From the IMG/VR virus record IMGVR_UViG_3300042445_000748, positions 27,553-91,552 of that record: 64,000 nucleotides of DNA, one strand, 5' to 3'. The notes below the pieces were generated by a model, which worked only from the letters and a program-made list of their open reading frames with translations, was not told the origin of the DNA and ran no database searches. The position numbers and the translations under genes are program-made. Shown here piece by piece: positions 20,419 to 31,700 of this stretch (position 1 is its first letter; every line of letters starts with the position of its first letter). Source of the stretch: a virus.

Positions 20419-20901
20419 TTATATTGTATCATAATAGACGCTTCCATTAGTTAGTATACTTATCTCCACTTGTTCATCATCTTCAATATTAATTAATTCT
20501 AGAATTAAATCTCCTGTTGATAATTCCATATAAACGTTTACACCATTGTTACCATTTGCAACATTTGGTATTTTTTGATCAAGAACAATTGTAAAGTTTT
20601 TAAAGTACTCATAAGATGTTTGAAAAACTGGGGCTAGGGTATAAGAATTATAACTTTGTAATATTTTATTAGAATTATATATATTATCATAAACAAGATT
20701 AGAGCCAAACACTGTATCATTTCTATCAATATTAATAATTTCTTGTCCACCAATATCCTCAAATATTAAATTAGACATAGTCTCTATGGATACTTCTTCG
20801 TCTCCAACTATTATATATTGCGGCTCTGCAACCTTGACCAAAGAACTATCTGATGAACTAGAGTATATTATTTGTGGTGTATTTGGAATTGAATCACTCA
20901 T
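20419..20901 (-). CDS. Probable minor tail protein
   Basis: Position in the tail-tip block. Confidence 0.5.
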   Translation of the reverse strand: MSDSIPNTPQIIYSSSSDSSLVKVAEPQYIIVGDEEVSIETMSNLIFEDIGGQEIINIDRNDTVFGSNLVYDNIYNSNKILQSYNSYTLAPVFQTSYEYFKNFTIVLDQKIPNVANGNNGVNVYMELSTGDLILELINIEDDEQVEISILTNGSVYYDTI

Positions 20902-23900
20902 CGGCTACCTCATAACAATATAACTTCATTGTTGGACCCTGTGCTGATCTTGCATACTCAATATTATAAACAACAAATCTTTTATTTTCTGGTGCTATGA
21001 TATCTTCATCATTAGAATTTTTATAATATAGGCTAACAATGTCTCCAAGTTGAATTGTTGGCATAGCAAATATGTCTAATCCAATTGCATTTTTAGGATC
21101 TATTGTTTTATTAACAATCCATCCAAGTAGTGCTTCAGCATCATCTTTTGATTGTATATATGGGGTGTCCATAGTAAACTCTTTTGTACCGTACTTGGAT
21201 TTACTTATTTTTAACTTATTGTAGTTATCTTTAGACTCAGTATTTGATTTTATAGCCTGATCATCTAAATATTGTGTTTTAATATAGTTTGAGTTTTCTT
21301 TATAATAATCTTCTACTGTCAAAGTGTGATTTGTTGATTGAGTAAATGCAACACCTTGAATTCTTAAATAGTTTCCAGATGTTTCATCTAGTGACAAAAT
21401 AGTATCAGTTGCATTAAAAATTAAAAACTCTGCACCGTATGCGTCTGGCAAAAATCCAGAAACGGTATATCCTTTTATTTTATTAAAGGTTGGAGATATT
21501 TTAGAATATAGTGCTGGATATGCTTTATCAAACTTAACATTAAAATATGCACACTCTCTCATAATTGACCCAAACTCATCAAAATAAAAGTTATAAGATG
21601 GTGGTTCTGAAGGACTTATTCCAGATAAATAGGTTGATTGTATTACAGAACTTAAGGCATATTTTCTAAATGCATCACTTGAGGTAAGTTCTTGGTTATC
21701 AAATATTTTATTAAATGGTATGTCTATATTTTCTGAAACATTTTTAGCATAATTACTTCCCAAAGCAAATATATTTTCAAACATAATTTTAGATGTTCCT
21801 CTAGTAAACAAACACATGTTATTATAAATAGGAAGTGGATTTGTATCATCAACTATAGCAACAATGTTATTATTTATATATAAATAAAATTTTCTTGTTT
21901 GTCCAATATCTAAATATTCAACAGCAATATCATATACGGTTGGATTAGATTCCCCTGTCATTCTATACTGCCCAGTAAAATTACCATCATCAACCAAAAT
22001 ATTAGTTGAGCCAGACCACAATTTTACAGGAACGGCCATGTCTGTATCATTATCTTTTCCTATTTTATAAAACAATAAATTGGCAATTGTGGAGCCATTA
22101 GCGTATTTATCTATGTTGGTTTCTGTTAATGCTGCAATTTCAAAATAATAACCCACGTTGTTTGTAGGATTAACAATAACTCCTAGGCCACCAGATCCGC
22201 CACCAATGCTTATATTTTGAGATGGATCAGTTCCAGGAACTACATAATATGTCATACTTCCAACTGGTGTTTGACCTCTAACTTCATTATTCTCAACTTT
22301 GCCAATAATTCTTAATCTGGCACCAAAATGTTTAAACTTACTATCTAATGGTTTATAAACATAATTAATATAATTAATTGGCTTTTGTTCAAAAGTAAAT
22401 GATGGTCCAGTCATAACCAGTGCAGATGATTGTATATTCCCTGATTTTTTATTAATTGAATTTTTATTATCATATTCTGAAGTATAAGAACTTGATAGAA
22501 AGTTTTTAATAATACTGGTCCTAGTTGTTTGTTTTGCTATAGCGTTGCTCACTCCAGCCGCACCAACAACAACTGTTTTATCTAATGCTTTATCTGCAAA
22601 CAAATATTCAGAGTACATATTACAGCCCTTTACGCTATTTTCATTAGTCCAATATGGATTTAATCCAGCATAGTGATTTGTAATTTGTGTCCCAAACTGA
22701 CCCCTTCCATTCTTTACTACATCTCCTTCTTTTAAAATCTTTACGCCATTAACTTCTACATAGTCTAACTCTGTATAAATTCTAATTAATCCAGTTGGAT
22801 ACATTTTTCCATTAAAGGGTAGTTGAGAAAAATAATTCTCATAATCTTCAACATTAGTTATCCAAATATTTCCTATTCCAGAAACGTTATATTCGACTGC
22901 GTCATATCTAATAACCTCACCATTTGAATAAAAATATCCATTATAGTTACTAATCCAATATATATTTTCTCCAAGATCTATAATATTATTTAATAATACA
23001 TTGTGACTAATTGATGGAATTTCGTTTGATAGAGATGAGCCTAGTGGTATTGCTGCTAGAACATATGATGACATTGATGCAGCAGACTCATTTACAGTCT
23101 TAGTATTGCTTTTTCCAGAAACTTCCCATAACAGTGTTGGCTTATATATCCAAGTTTTTTCTTTATCAATTAGTGTTGCTTGCTTTATTGATCCTAAAGT
23201 TTTTTGAATATATCTAGTAGTATAGTTAATTTTTCCAGAATTTAAAACCTTGGTATCAACTATTGAGGCATTTAGTATATTTTCTTTATTGTTTATTTCA
23301 TTATTTTTAGAGCCATAAAGAGTAATGTCTGACGTTCTATCTAATAACTTTGGCACTGTATAGTTTTTACTCATTACAACCAGATCGTTTTCTTCATTAA
23401 AAAACATAGATGATTGAGAAGATATTGCCAAATCATTTAAAACTTGTGCAATATTTTTTTCTTCATTACAAAAAAAGAAAGGAATAGTAAGTTCTTGTTC
23501 ATTTTCAATTTTTTTAAATATGTAGTTAGAAAATCCAGCATAGTCTAGTAGTGTAGAAATTACAAAACTCAAAGATACGTTTGTCAAAAATAAACTAGGT
23601 GCATTTATTTGCTCTAAATAAAAATAATAATCTCTTAACTGTATAGATGTTTTTCCACTTTTAACATCTGTTTGTGGTACGGTATCTGAATAAAGTTTTT
23701 TTAATGGTATGTAATGATGAGCATTATCTATAGTTTGAATATCTTCATAAAAACTGAACTTAACATTATTATTTAAATATTTATGCACAATACTATTTGT
23801 ATTATTTTTATTAAAGGACATATCTGGATCTATTAACTCTAAGTTTCCAGTGGACGCTAAAAGTTGACCTACTGGCAATCCGTTTGTGCTTAAATCAGAT

Positions 23901-25153
23901 ATTGATTTATTTAAACTATAGTTGGTAACATTATCTGTTATGTCGGCCAGTAGTCTTGGAGATAATTCTATTAAATCAAAAACACTATCAAACTTGTTCA
24001 TTGTGCTTACTATAACTCTTATTCCATCTATATACTGAAACTCTTTATGTGAGATATTACTAGTACCAGTGTTACTATATGATATTACGTCTACTAATTC
24101 GGTTACCCTGGAAGTTTTGTCTATTTCACTTTCTAACAAGTCCCATCCATATTCTGGAACAAATGAATCGTAGTCAAATCCATTATAAACATAAAGGGTT
24201 CCTATTTCGCTTTTATAGTTTTCAGAAACTAAATATGCATCACCATATGAGGCAACACTTGGCAGTAGTGTTGTTGATAAAAGAATATTTATTAAAGAGA
24301 AATTATCTTTATATTTTGATGGAATAACTATCCCATACTTTAATTCAACATGTCCATCAGAACCAACAATATTACTTCCGTCTGACCTTGCAGAATTTTC
24401 ATTAAAATTAATTATGTCTATCCAATTATTATTATTTAAGACTTGAACCTTCCAGGTGTTTGGAGTTGTCTGATTGACATATCCATAAAATGGATCTTCT
24501 ATATTTTCAGAAACTGTTGAAAATGGTCCTAAATTAATTTCACCAACATTTGTTTGCATCTTAATAACAATTCTATTAACTGGAATGCTATTTTTGTATA
24601 CCACAAATGGTGCAACGTCGTCTATATAGTTTTTACTATTTAGTATATTTTTAGCAATTCCCCTTTCAATATTATCTTCTGTTCTATAAGAACTCCAATA
24701 TTTAAAATAGTCTCTTTTGTCTGACATATAGTATCTTGGTCTATTGGCTAAATATGAATTTGAATTATGAAAATATTTATTATTAAAGTACTGCATTTTA
24801 TTTATTCCAGATCTTGGTCTAAATTTATTAAAACAATCTTCTAAAGAAAATAATTGTGCTTCTTTTTCTTTAATGGAGGTAAAAAGTTGTGGTTCATCTG
24901 AGTCGTCATAGCCACCATCTATTACTATGTCAGCATTAGTTGCGTCTGTATAAAAATTTCCACTATCGTTAGGGTCATAAAAATTAATAATATTTTTATA
25001 TTTAGATGAATTTTCTAATGGTCGATGCCTATAGTTTCCAATTTTTAATAAATTTTCTGCATCATTAAAATTCCATTCTGCTAAAACTAAGCCTTTAATA
25101 TTTACATTATTTGACTCTTCAAAAACTTGTTTAACGCTATCATTTTTAAACAT
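20894..25153 (-). CDS. Large tail-tip / central tail protein
   Basis: About 1420 aa, second gene after the tape measure. Start moved to the ATG at 25153 (TAATG overlap); C-terminal PTIQLGDIV hub-like motif. Confidence 0.65.
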   Translation of the reverse strand: MFKNDSVKQVFEESNNVNIKGLVLAEWNFNDAENLLKIGNYRHRPLENSSKYKNIINFYDPNDSGNFYTDATNADIVIDGGYDDSDEPQLFTSIKEKEAQLFSLEDCFNKFRPRSGINKMQYFNNKYFHNSNSYLANRPRYYMSDKRDYFKYWSSYRTEDNIERGIAKNILNSKNYIDDVAPFVVYKNSIPVNRIVIKMQTNVGEINLGPFSTVSENIEDPFYGYVNQTTPNTWKVQVLNNNNWIDIINFNENSARSDGSNIVGSDGHVELKYGIVIPSKYKDNFSLINILLSTTLLPSVASYGDAYLVSENYKSEIGTLYVYNGFDYDSFVPEYGWDLLESEIDKTSRVTELVDVISYSNTGTSNISHKEFQYIDGIRVIVSTMNKFDSVFDLIELSPRLLADITDNVTNYSLNKSISDLSTNGLPVGQLLASTGNLELIDPDMSFNKNNTNSIVHKYLNNNVKFSFYEDIQTIDNAHHYIPLKKLYSDTVPQTDVKSGKTSIQLRDYYFYLEQINAPSLFLTNVSLSFVISTLLDYAGFSNYIFKKIENEQELTIPFFFCNEEKNIAQVLNDLAISSQSSMFFNEENDLVVMSKNYTVPKLLDRTSDITLYGSKNNEINNKENILNASIVDTKVLNSGKINYTTRYIQKTLGSIKQATLIDKEKTWIYKPTLLWEVSGKSNTKTVNESAASMSSYVLAAIPLGSSLSNEIPSISHNVLLNNIIDLGENIYWISNYNGYFYSNGEVIRYDAVEYNVSGIGNIWITNVEDYENYFSQLPFNGKMYPTGLIRIYTELDYVEVNGVKILKEGDVVKNGRGQFGTQITNHYAGLNPYWTNENSVKGCNMYSEYLFADKALDKTVVVGAAGVSNAIAKQTTRTSIIKNFLSSSYTSEYDNKNSINKKSGNIQSSALVMTGPSFTFEQKPINYINYVYKPLDSKFKHFGARLRIIGKVENNEVRGQTPVGSMTYYVVPGTDPSQNISIGGGSGGLGVIVNPTNNVGYYFEIAALTETNIDKYANGSTIANLLFYKIGKDNDTDMAVPVKLWSGSTNILVDDGNFTGQYRMTGESNPTVYDIAVEYLDIGQTRKFYLYINNNIVAIVDDTNPLPIYNNMCLFTRGTSKIMFENIFALGSNYAKNVSENIDIPFNKIFDNQELTSSDAFRKYALSSVIQSTYLSGISPSEPPSYNFYFDEFGSIMRECAYFNVKFDKAYPALYSKISPTFNKIKGYTVSGFLPDAYGAEFLIFNATDTILSLDETSGNYLRIQGVAFTQSTNHTLTVEDYYKENSNYIKTQYLDDQAIKSNTESKDNYNKLKISKSKYGTKEFTMDTPYIQSKDDAEALLGWIVNKTIDPKNAIGLDIFAMPTIQLGDIVSLYYKNSNDEDIIAPENKRFVVYNIEYARSAQGPTMKLYCYEVADE

Positions 25154-25791
25154 TATACTTCTTCCAAAGTTATACTTACATCCCATAGGTCGTGGGTATT
25201 TGGACTTCTTTTTGTTACGTTATACGAAAAATCAGTTATGTATATTTCTTTAACTTCTTGATATTCTTTAATTCTATCCATAGTGTTTGTCTGGTCTTTA
25301 AAATTACTATATCTATCATAAGAAATAAATAAATAAAATGATTCTGGATGGGTTAAGTACCAGTCTAATAATTCGTTTCCTCCTGCTCCACCATCTACCG
25401 TGTACTTGTCTGCTGCACCATTATCTTTTCCAGTTGTTACATTAAATTTAGGAATATTACTAAAAGATCTAGATGGTAGATTTTGCCAGGATACAGATAG
25501 AGTAAACTTATCTGCAACAAAGAATGATCTCATTTTTCCGTTTATAGTTCTTTCTCTTTGTTGTATTCTGTTATTTTTTACATCTATTCCGCCACGATTA
25601 TGGTCTGATAAGATTAAAAATGCGGCACCCTCTTCGTCAATTTGATCTGAATTTGTACCAACCTCATAACCTTGAGGTACATGTGTTATACCGTTATCTC
25701 CTTCTTCTACGGTACCAGGAGATTCAGCAAACATAAGTGCTTGTGGTCTACCATATTTTTTTCTACCAGCAAGGTAATTTAAAGTTGCCAT
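25153..25791 (-). CDS. Probable distal tail protein
   Basis: Immediately follows the tape measure; ERTINGKMR...LWDVSITLEEV. Confidence 0.6.
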   Translation of the reverse strand: MATLNYLAGRKKYGRPQALMFAESPGTVEEGDNGITHVPQGYEVGTNSDQIDEEGAAFLILSDHNRGGIDVKNNRIQQRERTINGKMRSFFVADKFTLSVSWQNLPSRSFSNIPKFNVTTGKDNGAADKYTVDGGAGGNELLDWYLTHPESFYLFISYDRYSNFKDQTNTMDRIKEYQEVKEIYITDFSYNVTKRSPNTHDLWDVSITLEEV

Positions 25792-28700
25792 TATATTCTA
25801 TTCCCCTTGATTCTTTGAGAATCTATTTGCTTAATCTGCATCATTACCGTTCTAGCAATCTCGTTAGGGTTTGCATCAGACTTAACATTAACACTCAAGT
25901 TATAATTATACACTGAAGATGATTGTTCGTAGTTACCTTTATTTATTGCCTTTAAGTTATCTACCCCAAATTTATCTACACCATACTTACTTACAATAAA
26001 TTCTCCAGGGGTTAACATTGCTGGAACGGTGTCTGTTCCAACTGCAAAACCACCTGAAGCAAATTTTGAAATCATTCCGCCAAGTGCTTTTTTCTTTGGA
26101 GTTAAATATGCTGCAGCCATAGCACTGTATCTTGCTGTTGCTAACTGATTAGCGTTAGGGGCTTGTGCTGGAATAGTTGCAATTGGTTTCATTTTATTAT
26201 CTAAAATTGTTTTAGCAGGGGTATAGGCAAGATTTTGAGCAGCGGTCTTAAGTAGTCCAGTTGACAAAGTTGCTTTTTGAGAAGCACTTAAACTAGACAA
26301 GTTTTGAGATGATGACGATCCTCCTGAGTTGCCCCCTGTACCGCCGCTACCAGAAGAGGCTTTTGGTATATCAATTGTTTCTTGAGTTCCATCATCGTAG
26401 TATATAGTTGTTGAACCATCTTTATTTTTTACACGTTTTGTTTCTTTTTTACCAACTGGAGCATTTGGGTTAACTGTGCCTTCAAGTTTTCCACTATTAT
26501 ATTCGTTCATTTTATTTATTACTTCTTGCCATTTATCTTTTAGTATTGTTACTGCTTCTTGAGAATTTCTAATTGACTGATTGTATCGTCCTGTTGCAAA
26601 ATCTGCTGCATCAATTTTTATTCTTTGCTCTTCCCATTGATCTTTTGTCATTCCAGCAATTCTTAATATTTCTGTTGCAGATTTAATTTCTTCATCTATG
26701 ATGTCTAGTTTTACTTGAGAAAGTCTTGCTTGTTCTTGTAGAGGTGCAATAGTATCTTGATCAATTCTGTAATTTTGATTTTTTAGGTTTTTAACTTTTT
26801 CTTCTAATTGATCTCTTGTTAATCCATTTGAAGTCAAACCATTAATTTGATTGTCTCTTGCATTTTCCATACCAATTCTTTGTTGCTCAAGTGAACTTGC
26901 TGCATTTTGTGCACGAAGTTCTTGTGCTGCTCGTGCCGCTGCATAAACATCTCCTTCAGAAAGTGCTTGTGCAACAGACAGCCTTCCCTGTTCTTGTCTA
27001 GCAATAATTTCATTTACTTTTTGTACTTTATCTAGTAATTTAAACTGCTTATCATACTTGTTGTTAATTTTTTCTGCTTCATCATTTATTGTATTTAGTC
27101 CATCTTCATATCTTGATATTAAATAACTGTTTGCTGCTTGAATACGTTGTGCTATTTTAATTTGTTTTTCTGCATTATCAACTATTAGTTTTTCTTTATT
27201 TATTTCACCTTTTCTTCCAAGTCTAATAATTTGTTCTTGAATATCAAAGTATTTCATTGCTGCATTATAGCCAGGATCAAATGCTTCTGAATAATTTCCC
27301 ATACTCATAGCATTTTTAAATTGTGCTACTATTGCTTTTGCTTTAGATGATACGATGCTTGTTAAACTTTTGTTTGTTTTTTCAGATGCAACTGCGGCTG
27401 CAAATGCATTATCTTTAATTGCTTCATATGCATCAGCAACTGGCATTCCCGCATTAACTAATTTTTTAAAAGCAACTGCTTGATTATTTGTGTCTGCAAC
27501 AATTTTTTCTTGATCATTTTGATATTCACCTAAAGCAATATTGTTTAATGCTTTTTGTAAAACACTTATGTCCTTAAACATTCCTTTATATTTGTCATAA
27601 TCTTCTGCGGATAATCCAGTAATAAAATCAATAGTATTTTGATTAGCACCTTGACCTCTAAGTTTTTGTGCCAAACCACCAAACCCTAATGTCTCTTTGG
27701 ATAGTTTCTTTAAGGCCTTTCCAGAGGCATCCCAACCTACTGTGAGTTCCTGTGTAGCCTTTCTTACGTCTCTTAGTTTTTTTACTATGTCGTCTAATGG
27801 TGACCCTGTTGGTCCCCCGCCACTTCCAGCATCATCTTCAGGTTTAGTTGGAGTTGCTACAGTAGGATCCATTGCGTTTGTTTTCTTTTGTCCAAGTGCA
27901 TTTGCGTATTGTTGCTTTTGAACTGGAAAAGATGCGTTTCTATATTTTTCTCCCCCACCAATACTGGCTGGTTCACCTAACCATTTTTGAACTTCTGGGT
28001 CACCATCAAAAACAGTCTTATCTTGTATAGACATAACAGTAGCAATTTCATTTAAATAAACCTGTCTTTCATTTTCAGTTAATTTATCAAAATATTCTTT
28101 ATCAATTGCACCCAAATATTCTGGTGGTAAAAATGTAGTTGCAACATCATAACTTAACTTTCCTTTATTTTCTTTAATCTGATCATACAAATTATTTAGA
28201 TTATCTCTTGCGTCTTTATTATTTTCATAATAATTAACTAAATAAGCAATGTCTAGTTCTCCACCAGTCATTGTTAATTGTTCGTAAAAATCAATAGTGT
28301 CTTGTGCTTCTTGATCATTTGCTGCACCTTCAACATTAAGTAAGAAATTCTTTTGTGCTTCTTTATCTATTTCACCTTTGCTATCTAAAAACAATGAAGA
28401 TATTTGTTCAACTCTTGCTGCTGAGGTTCCACCAAATTTTGTTATTATATTCATAACTGCATCAAGGTCTTTTTTGTTATCACCAAAAGAATCTAATAAA
28501 GATATCATAGTTGCTGGATCTATATTTTTATTTGCCATTTCCATAGTTAATCTTACTTTAGCAAGTTTGCTGCCCTGAGAAGCAGCAATTGCATCCTGTG
28601 CTAATGGAACAACATCTCCAAACATTGTACCTTCATATGCCTTTGTAGCCATCTTATCTGCTGAATCCTGATATGCTTTTTGCATTGCACCACTGCTATT

Positions 28701-31700
28701 TGCAAAATTGTCATCAATTATTTGTGTTGTTTCTTGTTGTTTATCTAATAACTTTTGTCTACTAGTTATATATTCATTTTGAAGTTTATCTGCTTTTGCA
28801 GTATCTCCTGCAGCCCTAGCAATTTCAATTCTTTTTTCATATTCAACTTGTAAGCCATCTAACATTTGTTGGTTTTGTTGTAAGGCAATTGCAGACATAG
28901 CCAAATTTCCACCAGCAGCGGCAGACATTCTTGTTTTTCTTTCTGTCATGCCTCTTATTCCACCAGCAATGGCACCTACTGCAGTACCAACTCCAGCACC
29001 AATAGCGGTTCCAATTACAGGAACAACTGAACCAACTACTGCACCTGCTAATGCTCCTGCACCTGCACCTGCGGCAACATTTCCTCCAAAACTTTTTACA
29101 TCTTTTCCTGTAACTCTGGTTGCTCTTGTTGCTGCAGCATTTGACATTTGTAGTTGTTTGTTTCCTTGATCTACCAATTCCATTCTTACTTTTAATGGAT
29201 CTTTTACTAAGTTTTCACCATTAGGTCCCAAAAGTTTTGTTAATTCAGCATTTACCTTAAGTCCAAATGCCATATTGCCCATTTGGTCTCCCATGTTAAG
29301 TGCAATAGATCTTGCTTCTTGGGCTGACAATGCTCCAGAAGTTACTGCTGTTGCCAATTGATTTGTTAAAGATCCACCTGCACCAGAAACCCCATTAGCA
29401 GCAATGTTTTGTCCAACTGCTTTAGTTAATGCCTGACCCTTTTCTCCAGTAACAAAAGATTCACCAAAAGTGGTCTTACCTTGAACTGTTTGATATTGTT
29501 TAATTCCATCAGATCTTCTTCTGTTCATTATTTCTGAGGCAGATACATTACCTGCAAATTCTGCTAACTCTTGTATACTCTTAGATGATGCTCCAGTTTT
29601 TTCTGCTAAATCTATCGCTGCATCTCTTGCTTTGTCCATTGCCATTCTTTGTTGAACATACAAACCAACAATAGCACCAACGCCAACTGCTAATGCACCA
29701 AACTTAGAACTAAGGAGTGGAGTTATAAGAGTAAGAGCCATGAGTGGCATCATTAACTTTTGAGATATTTCTCCAATTTTTCCAGGTGCCATTGAACCCA
29801 TCATTGCGACCATAGAGGCAGACATTGCTGCAGTTCCCATACCAGAAGAAAGTCTTTGTCCTATAGCACTTTTTGATTGACTGCTTGTTCCTTGATTATT
29901 GCTACCGCTTAAAATTCCTTGCTTTGCTAATTTATCTTGTTGTCTTCTAATTGATTTGTCTGTTGCTGTAATGCCAGTCGATTTTCCATACAAAGCATTT
30001 GCTGATTGTGAAGAAGAAACACCTGATGCTCCTGCTTGTCCAAGTTGGCGACCAACTCTTTGAAAATCATCAACAGATTCTTGCATTCCAACAATTGCAC
30101 CTTGTGCTCCGTCTTGTGCGGCTTTACGCATTTTTTTAGATGGTGATTTGTTTTGAAATGCTTCATTAATTCCTTGAGACATACTATCTAGTGATTGTGA
30201 TACTGCTCTGTTAGCAGTTATATTTAAGTCTTTGGCAATCTTTCTGCTCTTTCTTTGTATTTCTGCAACTGCTGCTCTATTGGTTGGATTCCCTATACCT
30301 GAACCAGTTATGGGAACATTAGGGCCTGCTAAAACTCTATTTTCTGGAACTACATGTGCTCTTGATAATGCCTTACCTCCAGGATTTTCTATTGGTAATA
30401 CTCTTTCAACTCCTGCACTCTTTGATTGAAAACTACTTGCATTTCCAGTTCTAGCACTATATATTGTTGACCTTGTTATTTCGCCAGTTTTATTATTAAA
30501 TACAACACCAGGTTTTCTTAAGTTTCCACCTTGACGAATATCTTCGTCTGTTGGATACATGAGTTTTTGCAAACCTGGAACTGATCTTGCTGCTGAGCCA
30601 CCCGCTGCAGTCATTCTGTTTAAAATTGCATCTATTTTTGGTTTTGCTTTAGCAAATGCTTCACTAATATGATTTGAATCTATAGCAGTTTTTCTTACTT
30701 CATTTGCTATTTCATCAGTATACATAGTAATTTCTGGTGCAAGTTGTTCAATGGCTTTTTTAGTTAATCTCATATTTTCTTCTACACCAACTGCTGCAAT
30801 TGCTGAATTTCTTAATGATTGTGAAAATCCTTTTTCATTAACAAAACCTTTATCCATTCCAAAACCACCAGCAGTATTTCCTGGTGCAAACATAGTATAT
30901 GGACCCATAAGTTTAGATTGACCACCATAAATAGCACTGTTATTTGGATCTCTTCCTTTAGCAAATCCTGGTATGTTGTTAGCAATCATTCCACTAATTA
31001 GTGGTGCATATTTTTTAGCCATTGGTGCAGGAATTATTGCTTCTTTAGGAGAAAGCATTGCTGGAACTTTATCTCCAGTACCATTTCCTGGAACACTTAC
31101 TACACCTTTTGCATATCCTTTAGGTTGAGGTCTAGGTCCCTTTCCTGGTACCCCGCCCAAACCAAAAGCACGTTGTGCTGCAACTGCTTGATTATATGAT
31201 GCTGCAAGTCTTTTAATTGCTTCTGCTTCTGAATTAAAACTTTGAGTTAACTTCATATGTGTTTGATCTAATGAAGCAGCAACTGCGGCAGCCTCTAGTT
31301 GTTGTTGTGTAAGATAGTCTGTTTGCATTCCCAGAACGGTAGATGATTGTCCAGCCCTATTAAATACTCCCTTAATGGCTGTAAATCCTTTAATTATATT
31401 TGCCAAACCGTTAGCAAGCAAACCAAATGACATAAGTACTACTGGTCCTATACCTGCTAGGATTGCTGTAAAGTATGTTATAAATTGTTTTGTACCGTCG
31501 CTAAAGTCATTAAACTTATTTAATATTTTTGAGAAAAACTCAACAACTGGAGTTAACGCTTTTAGGAATTCTGCACCAATAGGAACTAAGGTAACTTTTA
31601 AGTCTTCAATTTGTTTCTTAAATTTATACATTGGTGAGTCTTCAATTTTTTTCATTTCTCGCTCAGATAATATTGCTAACTCTTCGACTGTTGCACTGGT

